This document shows, in pieces, positions 26,789-35,501 of a DNA stretch of 64,000 nt (its first letter is position 1; the number at the start of each line of letters is the position of its first letter). The translations under genes and the position numbers were made by a program. Under the pieces are notes generated by a model. It saw only the letters and a program-made list of their open reading frames with translations. It did not search any database and was not told the origin of the DNA. The DNA comes from a plasmid: sequence record NZ_LR134445.1; one strand, 5' to 3'.

Positions 26789-27307
26789 ATGGCCGCAGAG
26801 ACCTCACCGGAGCGTTACGACGACACCGACGGCTACGCCGTGGCCGTGATCCGCGGGGAGACCGCCTGGACGGTGCACCTGCTCGACCCCGGGGCCCTCG
26901 GCAGTATCGCCAAGGCCGAGCAGGAGCTCAAGGCGCTGCGCGCGACCGGCGCCGTGATCGGGCTGCTCAACGTGGACGACGAGTACTTCGTCATCGTGCG
27001 GCCCGGCCCGTCGGGCACGCGGCTGTTGCTCTCCGACGCGACCGCCGCCGTCTTCGACGAACTCGCCGTGCAGGCGCTGGATCGGCTCGACGTCGACGTG
27101 CCGGACATCGACCCCGAGGAGATCGAGGACACCGACCCGTGGCCCGAGGGCGACCTCGGCATCCTCGGTGATCTCGGCCTCGGCGAGCAGGAGCTGAGCG
27201 TGCTGCTCGCCGACCCGGATCTCTACCCCGACGAGCAGCTCCAGGTGATCGCGGAGCGCCTCCGGTTCGACGCCGAGCTGGGCGTGATCCTCGACGCGCT
27301 GGGCTAG
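26789..27307 (+). CDS. tRNA adenosine deaminase-associated protein
   Basis: Acidic protein directly upstream of tadA, with its stop overlapping the tadA start, as in mycobacteria (Rv3753c/Rv3752c arrangement). Start taken at MAAETSPERY; an alternative start is at 26702. Confidence 0.6.
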   Translation: MAAETSPERYDDTDGYAVAVIRGETAWTVHLLDPGALGSIAKAEQELKALRATGAVIGLLNVDDEYFVIVRPGPSGTRLLLSDATAAVFDELAVQALDRLDVDVPDIDPEEIEDTDPWPEGDLGILGDLGLGEQELSVLLADPDLYPDEQLQVIAERLRFDAELGVILDALG

Positions 27308-27771
27308 TGGCGCTGCTGGACGCCGAGCGCACGGCGATGGGCTTCGCGCTCGAGGCCGCGCGGCTCGCGGGCCCCGACGACGTGCCGGTCGGTGCTGCGG
27401 TGATCGGGCCCGACGGTGCCGTGCTCGCGCTCGCCGGGAACCGTCGGGAGCAGCTCGGCGACCCGACCGCCCACGCCGAGATCCTCGCGATCCGCGAGGC
27501 GGCCGCGACGTTCGGCGACGGCTGGCGGCTCGAGGGCTGCACCCTGGCCGTCACCCTGGAGCCCTGCGCCATGTGCGCCGGGGCGCTGGTCTCGGCCCGC
27601 ATCGGCCACCTCGTCTTCGGCGCCTTCGAGCCCAAGACCGGCGCGGTCGGCTCGGTGTGGGACGTGGTCCGCGACCCCCGCGTCACCCACCGGGTCACCG
27701 TGCGCGGCGGCGTCCGGGAGGCCGAGTGTGCCGCGCTGCTGCACGACTTCTTCCGGCCGCACCGCTCCTGA
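27307..27771 (+). CDS. tadA: tRNA-specific adenosine deaminase
   Basis: CDA zinc motifs HAEILAI and PCAMCAGA. GTG start overlapping the upstream stop. Confidence 0.9.
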   Translation: MALLDAERTAMGFALEAARLAGPDDVPVGAAVIGPDGAVLALAGNRREQLGDPTAHAEILAIREAAATFGDGWRLEGCTLAVTLEPCAMCAGALVSARIGHLVFGAFEPKTGAVGSVWDVVRDPRVTHRVTVRGGVREAECAALLHDFFRPHRS

Positions 27772-27817
27772 CCTGCCGATTTAACGCCTGAGTCGTCTTC
27801 CGGTAAAGTTTCGCGAC

Positions 27818-27905
27818 GGTGGCGTGTCCGAGCGGCCGAAGGTGCAGCACTCGAAATGCTGTGTGCGGTAACCCCGTACCGAGGGTTCAAATCCCTCCGC
27901 CACCG
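27818..27905 (+). tRNA. tRNA-Ser (anticodon CGA)
   Basis: GGTGGCG...CGCCACC-G acceptor stem. Anticodon loop CUCGAAA. Long variable arm. No encoded CCA. Confidence 0.85.
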
Positions 27906-28570
27906 CTGAGAGAGACCCTCTCCGACCCCGGTCGGAGGGGGTCTTTCCCGTTCCGGGCCCGGGTGCCCGGCGTGCGGCGCCGCGGGGTTCGCCGCAGCCA
28001 CCACTCGCAGAAGCCGATCGCGATCAGCCAGCTCGGCCACGCGACGATCGCCGGCCCCCACGAGTCCATGAAGGACTCCGGCACCCCGGCGGCGTCGAGG
28101 ACGAGGAACGAGATCGGGCCCAGGATCCGGTTGATGATCACCGAGTACATGAGCGCCGCGCTGCGCAGCATCCAGCGACGGTGGGCCGCCACGTCGCCGC
28201 CGACGATCGCCCGCACACCGAGCGCCGTGAACAGCAGCATCAGCGAGCCCAGCGTCACGTTGGACGCGGCGTTGACCGGCCCGAACGGCGTCACCGTGCC
28301 GATCGCGATGGCCGCGAGCCCGACGGGCAGCGCGCACGCGACGTAGATCCGGCCCGCGATCCAGTGGTACTTCGCGAACCAGCGGCGGCCCAGCTGCACC
28401 AGCCCGGCGAGCATCGCGACGGAGCCGAGCAGGATGTGCCCGACGAGCAGCCCGTAGTACCAGTTCGGCTGGTCGTCGAGCGGCACCCGGCTGCCGCCCG
28501 TGAGGTATGGGGGAAGGGAGTAGGCGAGGAAGACGAGCACCAGCAGGGCGCCCACCAGCAGTTTCTTCAT
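27887..28570 (-). CDS. DUF2306-like integral membrane protein
   Basis: Multi-TM protein (MKKLLVGALLVLVFLAY...). The Arg-rich C-terminal tail of the ORF overlaps the terminator and the 3' end of tRNA-Ser, so the true stop is uncertain. Confidence 0.6.
   Translation of the reverse strand: MKKLLVGALLVLVFLAYSLPPYLTGGSRVPLDDQPNWYYGLLVGHILLGSVAMLAGLVQLGRRWFAKYHWIAGRIYVACALPVGLAAIAIGTVTPFGPVNAASNVTLGSLMLLFTALGVRAIVGGDVAAHRRWMLRSAALMYSVIINRILGPISFLVLDAAGVPESFMDSWGPAIVAWPSWLIAIGFCEWWLRRTPRRRTPGTRARNGKDPLRPGSERVSLSGGGGI
27912..27946 (+). terminator. intrinsic terminator hairpin after tRNA-Ser(CGA)
   Basis: GACCCTCTCCGACC-ccgg-GTCGGAGGGGGTC followed by TTT. Confidence 0.5.
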
Positions 28571-28681
28571 GCGGGAAACGCTAGGGACGGAGCCCGCGGC
28601 GGAGGATCACCCGCGCGGGTGGACCTGCGTAGTCCGCACGGGTGAGGCACCATGATCCGGGGTTCTTTTCAGGAGGAAACG

Positions 28682-29518
28682 ATGAACGACGACGGTGCCT
28701 GGGGCGCGCCCGCCCTCGACCTGCCGCGGTACCTGGAGCGCGTCGGCCTGAGCGACCCGCCGACGCCCGACCTCACCGGCCTGTCCGCGCTGGTCCGGGC
28801 GCACGCGACCACCCTGCCGTGGGAGAACTTCGACGCCGTCCGGGGTGTCCCGGGCGAGCTCACCGTCGACGCCCTGCAGCGGCGGATGATCGACGGCCGC
28901 CGCGGCTACGGCTGTACGGGCCACGTCCCGCTGCTCGCCGCGGTCCTGCAGCGCACGGGCTTCCGGTTCGGCGCCGCGTCCGGGCGGGTTCTGGTCGACG
29001 GCCGCCCGTCGGCGAGCACGCACGCCCTGCTCGTCGTGGAGGTCGACGGTGCGCCGCACCTCGCGGAGGTCGGCTTCGGCGCCGTCCCGCTCGCGCCGCT
29101 CCGGCTGGAGAGCGGCCTGGAGCAGGACGCCGGCGGCTGGCGCTACCGGCTCACCGCCGAGACCGTCGGCTTCGGCGAGGAGTGGCGGCTCGACTTCCTC
29201 GACCCGAGCTCGGGGCAGTGGCGGCCCCAGTACCGGTTCGCGCTCACCGACCGCACGTGGTCCGACCTGCGGATGACGAACTTCTACGTGGCGACCTCGC
29301 CGCACTCGCCGTTCCGCGGGCGGCTCATGGCCGTGGTCAACCGGCCCGGTGAGCGGCGCGTCCTCACGCGCGACGCGGTGATCACGACCCGCCCCGACGG
29401 GGGCAAGGAGTCCGTGCCGTACGCGGCGGCGGACCGTCGGGCGATCCTCGCCGAGACCTTCGCGATCGACCTGCCCGAGGGCGAGGCCGCCGCGCTCGCG
29501 GCCGTCAGTGGGAGCTGA
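28682..29518 (+). CDS. nat: arylamine N-acetyltransferase
   Basis: Catalytic-Cys motif RRGYGCTGH and a conserved C-terminal region. Start MNDDGAW carries an AGGAGG RBS 5 nt upstream. Confidence 0.85.
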   Translation: MNDDGAWGAPALDLPRYLERVGLSDPPTPDLTGLSALVRAHATTLPWENFDAVRGVPGELTVDALQRRMIDGRRGYGCTGHVPLLAAVLQRTGFRFGAASGRVLVDGRPSASTHALLVVEVDGAPHLAEVGFGAVPLAPLRLESGLEQDAGGWRYRLTAETVGFGEEWRLDFLDPSSGQWRPQYRFALTDRTWSDLRMTNFYVATSPHSPFRGRLMAVVNRPGERRVLTRDAVITTRPDGGKESVPYAAADRRAILAETFAIDLPEGEAAALAAVSGS

Positions 29519-29900
29519 AGAAGCCGATCGCCTTGTCGCCGCTGTCGCAGCGCGCGAGCATGCCGGGGGTCTGCGGGAACGTGCAGTTCCAGCCCTCGAC
29601 GGTGGCGGGCTTCGCCATCGCGATCTGCGGTCCGAAGGCGTTGGCGACGCGCATGGCCTCGGCGCAGTCGACCTTCGTGGTGCCCAGCGCGTGCACGTAC
29701 AGGGCGCCGTCGGGGCCGCGGGTCTGCCCGCACATCTCGGCGCGGGTCTCGGCCACCGTCGTCGTGGCCGACGGTGCGCCGGACGGCGCGGGGCTCGCGG
29801 CCGGGTCGGAGGAACTGCCGCAGCCCGCGAGGAGCAGGCCGCACACTGTTGCAGTTGCGACGGCTGTGACAGGCGTTGCGAAGTGCTGAAATGCGGTCAT
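29505..29900 (-). CDS. hypothetical lipoprotein
   Basis: Start MTAFQHF. Signal peptide with lipobox LLAGC. 131 aa. Confidence 0.5.
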   Translation of the reverse strand: MTAFQHFATPVTAVATATVCGLLLAGCGSSSDPAASPAPSGAPSATTTVAETRAEMCGQTRGPDGALYVHALGTTKVDCAEAMRVANAFGPQIAMAKPATVEGWNCTFPQTPGMLARCDSGDKAIGFFSSH

Positions 29901-30052
29901 GCCCTGCACGCTACCCGCGAACTGGTGATGAGCCTCACAAAAGTGCCGGTCAGCGACATTATTGCGGGCGGCAACGATCGGTACACTCGACAGCGACCCG
30001 TATCGCGCAGCCCGTCGCGCCTCGACGACCTGGAGTGACTCGCATGGCACTG

Positions 30053-33000
30053 TTCCTGTACCGGCTGGGGAGGTTCGCCTACCTCAACCGCTTCAAAGTC
30101 ATCGTGGCGTGGCTGCTGATCTTCGCCGGCATGCTCACCGGCGGCGCGCTTCTCAAGGGCGCCACGGTCGACAACTTCTCCCTGCCGGGTCTTCCCTCGG
30201 CGAAGGCGACGGACATCGTCTCCGAGAACTTCGGCGACAGCGGCGGCGACCCGTTCACCACCGCCTCGGCGACCATCGTCTTCCACACCAAGGACGGCAA
30301 GCTCACCGATCCGGCGGCCGCGGCGGGCATCGACCGCACGATCGCCGACCTCAAGAACCTCACCAAGGACCAGGACGGCCGTCAGGTCTCCGTGGTCCAG
30401 GATCCGGAGCTCCTGCACAACCCGACGGGCAAGCTGGACACCGACGCGCTGACGCCGGAGCAGCGCTCGAAGCTCGAGGCGGTCGCGGCGCAGGGCAAGG
30501 ACATCGCGTCGACCAAGACGCAGGCGCAGAAGGACGCCGACGCGGCGGCCACCTCGTCGGTGAGCCCCGACGGCAAGACCGCCAAGATCACGGTCGACTT
30601 CGTCGGCAAGGTCACGGAGCTGCCGGACACCCTGTCCGAGGACATCAAGAAGGCCCGCGAGGCCGGCGAGGCCGCGTCGAACGGCACGCTGCAGGTCGAG
30701 GCCGACGGTTCCGCCGCCCGCGGTGCCGAGGACATGGGCATGACCAGCGAGATCATCGGCATGATCGTCGCGGCGATCGTCCTGATCATCACCTTCGCCT
30801 CGCTCGTCGCCTGGGGCCTGCCGCTGCTGAACGCGATCATCGCGGTCCCGGTGGCCATCGGCGGCGTCATGATCGCCTCGCACTTCATCGAGCTCGGCAC
30901 CTTCCCCACGGTCCTGACCTCGATGATCGGCCTGGCCGTCACCATCGACTACGCGCTGTTCATCGTGTCCCGGTACCGGCACGAACTGCGGCGCCTCGGC
31001 GCCACCACCAAGGAGCAGCGGGCCGAGGCCGCGGGCATCGCCGTCGGCACCGCCGGCACCGCCGTGATCTTCGCCGGCCTGACGGTGATCATCGCGCTCG
31101 CCGCGCTCGCCTTCATCGGCATGGACTTCCTCGGTCAGATGGGCGTCGCCGCCGCGTGGGGCGTGTTCATCGCCGTCATCGTGGCGCTGACGCTGCTCCC
31201 GGCCCTGCTGGGCCTGTTCGGCTCCAAGGTCTTCGCCGGCCGGGTCAAGGGCCTGCATCCGCAGGACACGGACCAGGGCGAGGGCCGCGTCGCCAACGGC
31301 CTGCGCTGGGCCAACCTGGTCAAGAAGGTTCCCGTCGTGACCCTCGTCGCGGGCGTCGCCATCCTCGGCATCCTCGCCATCCCGATGAAGGACATGAAGA
31401 CCGCCCTGCCCGGCTCGGGCATGAGCGAGAAGAGCACGTCGGAGCGCCAGGCCTACGACCTCATCTCCGACGCCTGGGGCAAGGGCGCCAACGGCACCCT
31501 CCTCGTCGCGGTCGACGGTGCCGGGGCCCAGCCGAACCAGCGCCTGGGCGCCTACAAGCAGATCGTCGACCAGCTCAACACCAACCCCAACATCGCGCCG
31601 CTCATCGCGAACGCGCAGCTCGCCCAACTCGCGCAGGACAACAAGGCCGCCACCATCATGGTGACGCCCAAGTCCGGCCCGAACGACGACGACACCAAGA
31701 CGCTGGTCACCAAGCTCCGCACCATGACCAACGGTGACGCCGGCACGAAGGCGCGGCTCGGCGTGGACCTCGGCGTCGCGGGCAGCACGGCCATCGAGAT
31801 GGACATCTCGGAGAAACTCGGCGACGCGCTGTGGATCTACCTCGGAATCGTCGTGGGTCTGGCGTTCCTGCTGCTGCTCGTCGCCTTCCGCTCGATCCTG
31901 GTGCCGCTCACCGCGGTTCTGGGCTTCCTGCTGTCCGTCGTCGCCACGTTCGGCGTCACCTCCGCGATCTTCACCGACGGTGCCCTCGGCCTCATCGACA
32001 ACACGCAGCCGCTGGTCTCGTTCCTGCCGATCTTCCTGATCGGCATCGTCTTCGGCCTCGCGATGGACTACCAGGTCTTCCTCGTCTCCCGGATGCGCGA
32101 GGAGTTCGTGCACACCGGCGACGCCACACAGTCCGTGGTGACGGGCGTGCAGTACGGCGCCCGTGTGGTGACCGCCGCTGCGATCATCATGATCTCGGTC
32201 TTCGCCTCGTTCATCCTCAACGAGCAGGTCTTCATCAAGGAGATCGGCTTCGGCCTCGCCGCGGCCGTGCTGCTCGACGCCTTCGTCGTGCGGATGGTCC
32301 TGATCCCGTCGGTGATGATGCTGCTCGGCAAGTGGGCGTGGTGGCTGCCGAAGTGGCTCGACAAGATCCTGCCGAACGTCGACATCGAGGGCGAGGCGCT
32401 CGTCGCCCAGCTCGGCCGCGGCGACGCGAACGCCGATACCGCCGCGATCCCCGCGCCGATCACGGCCGAGATCCCGGTGCCCACCGAGCAGCTCGTGGCC
32501 GCCGGTGCGACCGATGTCCACGCCCGCGGCAAGGCGCGCGTCGAGCACGCCGGCGTGAACGGCCACACCAACGGCACCACCAACGGTGCCGCCCACGGTG
32601 CCGAGCTCCCGACGGCCGCCCCGACGGTGCCCGTGCCGCTGCCCCTCGGCAAGGACGACGAGCACGTCACGGAGCAGGCACCGGTGTACGCGGACACGGA
32701 GCAGGTCGCCACGGCGGAGGCGGACGCGGCGGAGGCCGGCGCACCGGACACCGCCGAGTACCCGGTCGCGCGTCCGGGCGTCCCGCGCCCCGACCAGACC
32801 GCGACGGGCCCGATCCGCCCGCGCGACCGGACCCGCGACGAGATCGCGCAGCTGCGCGAGCAGAACAAGGCGATCGCGGCGGAGCTCAGCGCGCTGCGCT
32901 CTGACTACCGGTCGATGGCCAGCCGCACGCGACTGCAGAGCGAGCACATCAGCGATCCCACGCGGTTCGAGATCGAGGGTCGCCTCGAGGGGCCCGACGG

Positions 33001-34216
33001 TCCGCTCGGCCGCGCCGGCCGGCTGCTCACGCCGCACGGCGAGATGCTCACCCCCGCGTTCATCCCCGTCGGCACCAAGGCGACGGTGAAGACCGTACTG
33101 CCCGAGGCGGTCTCGGAGCTGGGCGCGCAGGCGGTGCTGGCGAACGCCTACCACCTGTACCTGCAGCCCGGACCGGAGATCGTGGAGCAGGCCGGCGGCC
33201 TCGGCGCGTTCATGAACTGGGACGGTCCCACCTTCACCGATTCCGGTGGCTTCCAGGTGATGTCGCTCGGGTCGGGGTTCAAGAAGGTCATCGACATGAC
33301 CGGCGGCGAGGAACTGCAGGGCGACGACGCGATCGCCGAGGGCAAGGACCGTCTCTCCCGCGTCGACGACGACGGCGTGACCTTCCTCAGCCACCTCGAC
33401 GGCACCGAGCACCGGTTCACTCCGGAGCGGTCGATGCAGATCCAGCACCAGCTCGGCGCCGACGTGATCTTCGCGTTCGACGAGCTGACCACCCTGCACA
33501 ACACCCGCGCGTACCAGGTGGAGTCGCTGGAGCGGACCCGCCTGTGGGCGCGGCGCTGCCTCTCCGAGCACAACTGGCTCACCGCGCAGCGGCACGATGC
33601 GATCTCGCTGTGGGGCGTCGTGCAGGGCGCGCAGTACGAGGACCTGCGCCGCAAGGCCGCCCGCGACCTGCGGGCGCTGAGCGAGGAGGACCGGTTCTCC
33701 GGCGGCCTCGGCTTCGGCGGCTACGGCATCGGCGGGGCGCTGGAGAAGGCGAACCTGTCGACCATCGTGCGCTGGGTGAACCAGGAGCTCGAGGAGGACA
33801 AGCCGAAGCACCTGCTGGGCATCTCCGAGCCGGACGACATCTTCGCCGCGGTGGAGCAGGGCATCGACACGTTCGACTGCGTCTCCCCGTCGCGGGTGGC
33901 CCGCAACGGCGCGATCTACTCGCTCGACGGCCGCTACAACGTGACCAATTCGCGGTTCAAGACGGACTTCCGCCCGCTGGACCCGGACACGCAGAACTAC
34001 ACCTCGCAGTACACCCGCGCGTACATCCATCACCTGTTCAAGGCGAAGGAGGGCCTCGCGGCCACGCTGTGCACCATCCATAACGAGCAGTTCGTCGTCT
34101 CCCTGGTCGCGAAGATCCGGCAGTCGATGATCGACGGGACGTACTGGGACTTCAAGGAGGAGTTCCTGGGGCGCTACTACAAGGGCACCCAGCAGCACCT
34201 CGCCAAGTCCGACTAG
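30053..34216 (+). CDS. single ORF encoding an MMPL-family (RND) transporter fused through a ~180-aa low-complexity linker to a queuine/guanine tRNA-ribosyltransferase (Tgt)-like domain
   Basis: Start MALFLYRLGRFAYLNRF with 12 TM helices. The canonical MmpL C-terminal motif WWLPKWLDKILPNVDIEGE lies near 32400. No in-frame stop follows. The Ala/Pro/Thr-rich linker has high GC3. A complete Tgt fold follows: LLTPHGEMLTPAFIPVGTKATVK, FTDSGGFQV, LGADVIFAFDEL, GYGIGGALE, GIDTFDCVSPSRVARNG. Confidence 0.7.
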   Translation, partial: FLYRLGRFAYLNRFKVIVAWLLIFAGMLTGGALLKGATVDNFSLPGLPSAKATDIVSENFGDSGGDPFTTASATIVFHTKDGKLTDPAAAAGIDRTIADLKNLTKDQDGRQVSVVQDPELLHNPTGKLDTDALTPEQRSKLEAVAAQGKDIASTKTQAQKDADAAATSSVSPDGKTAKITVDFVGKVTELPDTLSEDIKKAREAGEAASNGTLQVEADGSAARGAEDMGMTSEIIGMIVAAIVLIITFASLVAWGLPLLNAIIAVPVAIGGVMIASHFIELGTFPTVLTSMIGLAVTIDYALFIVSRYRHELRRLGATTKEQRAEAAGIAVGTAGTAVIFAGLTVIIALAALAFIGMDFLGQMGVAAAWGVFIAVIVALTLLPALLGLFGSKVFAGRVKGLHPQDTDQGEGRVANGLRWANLVKKVPVVTLVAGVAILGILAIPMKDMKTALPGSGMSEKSTSERQAYDLISDAWGKGANGTLLVAVDGAGAQPNQRLGAYKQIVDQLNTNPNIAPLIANAQLAQLAQDNKAATIMVTPKSGPNDDDTKTLVTKLRTMTNGDAGTKARLGVDLGVAGSTAIEMDISEKLGDALWIYLGIVVGLAFLLLLVAFRSILVPLTAVLGFLLSVVATFGVTSAIFTDGALGLIDNTQPLVSFLPIFLIGIVFGLAMDYQVFLVSRMREEFVHTGDATQSVVTGVQYGARVVTAAAIIMISVFASFILNEQVFIKEIGFGLAAAVLLDAFVVRMVLIPSVMMLLGKWAWWLPKWLDKILPNVDIEGEALVAQLGRGDANADTAAIPAPITAEIPVPTEQLVAAGATDVHARGKARVEHAGVNGHTNGTTNGAAHGAELPTAAPTVPVPLPLGKDDEHVTEQAPVYADTEQVATAEADAAEAGAPDTAEYPVARPGVPRPDQTATGPIRPRDRTRDEIAQLREQNKAIAAELSALRSDYRSMASRTRLQSEHISDPTRFEIEGRLEGPDGPLGRAGRLLTPHGEMLTPAFIPVGTKATVKTVLPEAVSELGAQAVLANAYHLYLQPGPEIVEQAGGLGAFMNWDGPTFTDSGGFQVMSLGSGFKKVIDMTGGEELQGDDAIAEGKDRLSRVDDDGVTFLSHLDGTEHRFTPERSMQIQHQLGADVIFAFDELTTLHNTRAYQVESLERTRLWARRCLSEHNWLTAQRHDAISLWGVVQGAQYEDLRRKAARDLRALSEEDRFSGGLGFGGYGIGGALEKANLSTIVRWVNQELEEDKPKHLLGISEPDDIFAAVEQGIDTFDCVSPSRVARNGAIYSLDGRYNVTNSRFKTDFRPLDPDTQNYTSQYTRAYIHHLFKAKEGLAATLCTIHNEQFVVSLVAKIRQSMIDGTYWDFKEEFLGRYYKGTQQHLAKSD
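32918..34216 (+). other. tgt: Tgt-like domain within the fused ORF (possible internal start MASRTRLQ), lacking the Zn-binding cysteines
   Basis: The bacterial Tgt zinc site [22 protein letters not shown] is PLDPDTQNYTSQYTRAYIHHL here (Cys to Thr, Asn, Ser). Catalytic Asp residues are retained. An in-frame ATG at 32918 lies 11 nt after an out-of-frame TGA. Confidence 0.6.
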
Positions 34217-34250
34217 CGCGGCGGGGCGGGGCCGGCCGTAGGATTCGGAC

Positions 34251-35240
34251 ATGTCCCACGTGGTGGCGCTGCCCGTCTGCGACGGGATGACGATGCTCGA
34301 GTACGGCACCGTGCTGGAGGCGCTCAGCTTCGAGTGGAACGACCTCCCCTCGCTCGGCTACGACGTGCGCGGCTGCGGGCCGGCCGACGGGGTGCGGACG
34401 CTCGGCGGCGCGGTGCTGCGGCCGGCGTACGGACTGGACGAGATCGCGGGCGCCGACACCGTCATCATCACGGCCGTGTCGGACCCGCGGACCGATTCGA
34501 ACCCGGAGTGGCACGAGCCGCTGCGCGCGGCTGCGGCGAACGGCGCGCGGATCGTCTCGATCTGCACGGGTGCCTTCGCGCTCGCGGCGGCCGGCCTGCT
34601 CGACGGCCGGCGGGCCACGACGCACTGGCGCCACGCGGGCCTCCTGCAGTTCCGCTTCCCGCGGGTGCACGTCACGCCCTCGGAGCTCTACATCCAGGAC
34701 GGCCCGGTGCTCACCGGTGCGGGCTCCGCGGCGGGCCTGGACCTGTGCCTGCACCTGATCCGCTCCGATCACGGGGCCGGCACCGCGAATGAGGTGGCCC
34801 GCCGCCTCGTCGTCGCGCCGCACCGCGACGGCGATCAGTCGCAGTTCGTCAACATCGACACCCTGCGGCCCGACATGGACAAGCGCTTCGCCGACTTCCT
34901 GCAGGGTCTCGCGCACGGCATCGGCGGCGTCAAGGGGCTCGACGACATGGCGGCCCGCGCGGGCGTCTCCCGCCGCACCCTGCACCGCCGGTTCCGGCAG
35001 TACACCGGCGTCGCACCGCTGGAATGGCTGATGCGGCAACGGGTCTACCGCGCCATGCGGTTGTTGGAGACGACGAACGACTCCGTCACGGCGATCACCG
35101 GCCGCGCGGGTTTCGACGCCGAGGAGACGCTGCGCTACCACTTCAAGCGGCAGACCGGCCTCGCTCCCACCGCCTACCGTGAGCGCTTCCGCGGCAGCGA
35201 CGTGGGGCGCAGCTCCGCCCGGACGGTGGCCGGATCTTGA
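34251..35240 (+). CDS. GlxA-family transcriptional regulator (DJ-1/PfpI domain plus AraC HTH)
   Basis: N-terminal class-I glutamine-amidotransferase-like (DJ-1) fold (IVSICTGAFALAAAGLLDG). C-terminal AraC dual HTH. Confidence 0.85.
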   Translation: MSHVVALPVCDGMTMLEYGTVLEALSFEWNDLPSLGYDVRGCGPADGVRTLGGAVLRPAYGLDEIAGADTVIITAVSDPRTDSNPEWHEPLRAAAANGARIVSICTGAFALAAAGLLDGRRATTHWRHAGLLQFRFPRVHVTPSELYIQDGPVLTGAGSAAGLDLCLHLIRSDHGAGTANEVARRLVVAPHRDGDQSQFVNIDTLRPDMDKRFADFLQGLAHGIGGVKGLDDMAARAGVSRRTLHRRFRQYTGVAPLEWLMRQRVYRAMRLLETTNDSVTAITGRAGFDAEETLRYHFKRQTGLAPTAYRERFRGSDVGRSSARTVAGS

Positions 35241-35501
35241 GGAATTCCGGCACCGCACACCTGGGCGGCGCGGCGCGGCCCGGATAGCGTTTCGGACATG
35301 AGGATTCAGCAGATGAGGAAGGTCTTCGGCGGCACCCGGGCGGCCCCGACGACGAACCGGACCCTGGGATGGCTGCGGGAGTTCGCCTCCGGTGTCGCGG
35401 CGGGCAACCTCGTCCGGCACGGCGCCGGCGTGCCCGGCGCGCACGACTCGCGGATCTGCGAGCGGCCGCGGCTGGGCCCCGCTCCCGCTGGGCGGCACGC
35501 C

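Noticed and set aside
34210-35300. Similar ~30-bp segments ending in TTCGGACATG before the AraC/GlxA start (34224-34253) and before a 71-aa ORF (35270-35300), looking like direct repeats flanking the regulator gene
   Set aside because: Only a 10-mer is exact and the rest needs several indels. Exact 10-mer pairs are expected by chance many times over in 64 kb of biased-composition DNA. The 71-aa ORF has no support.
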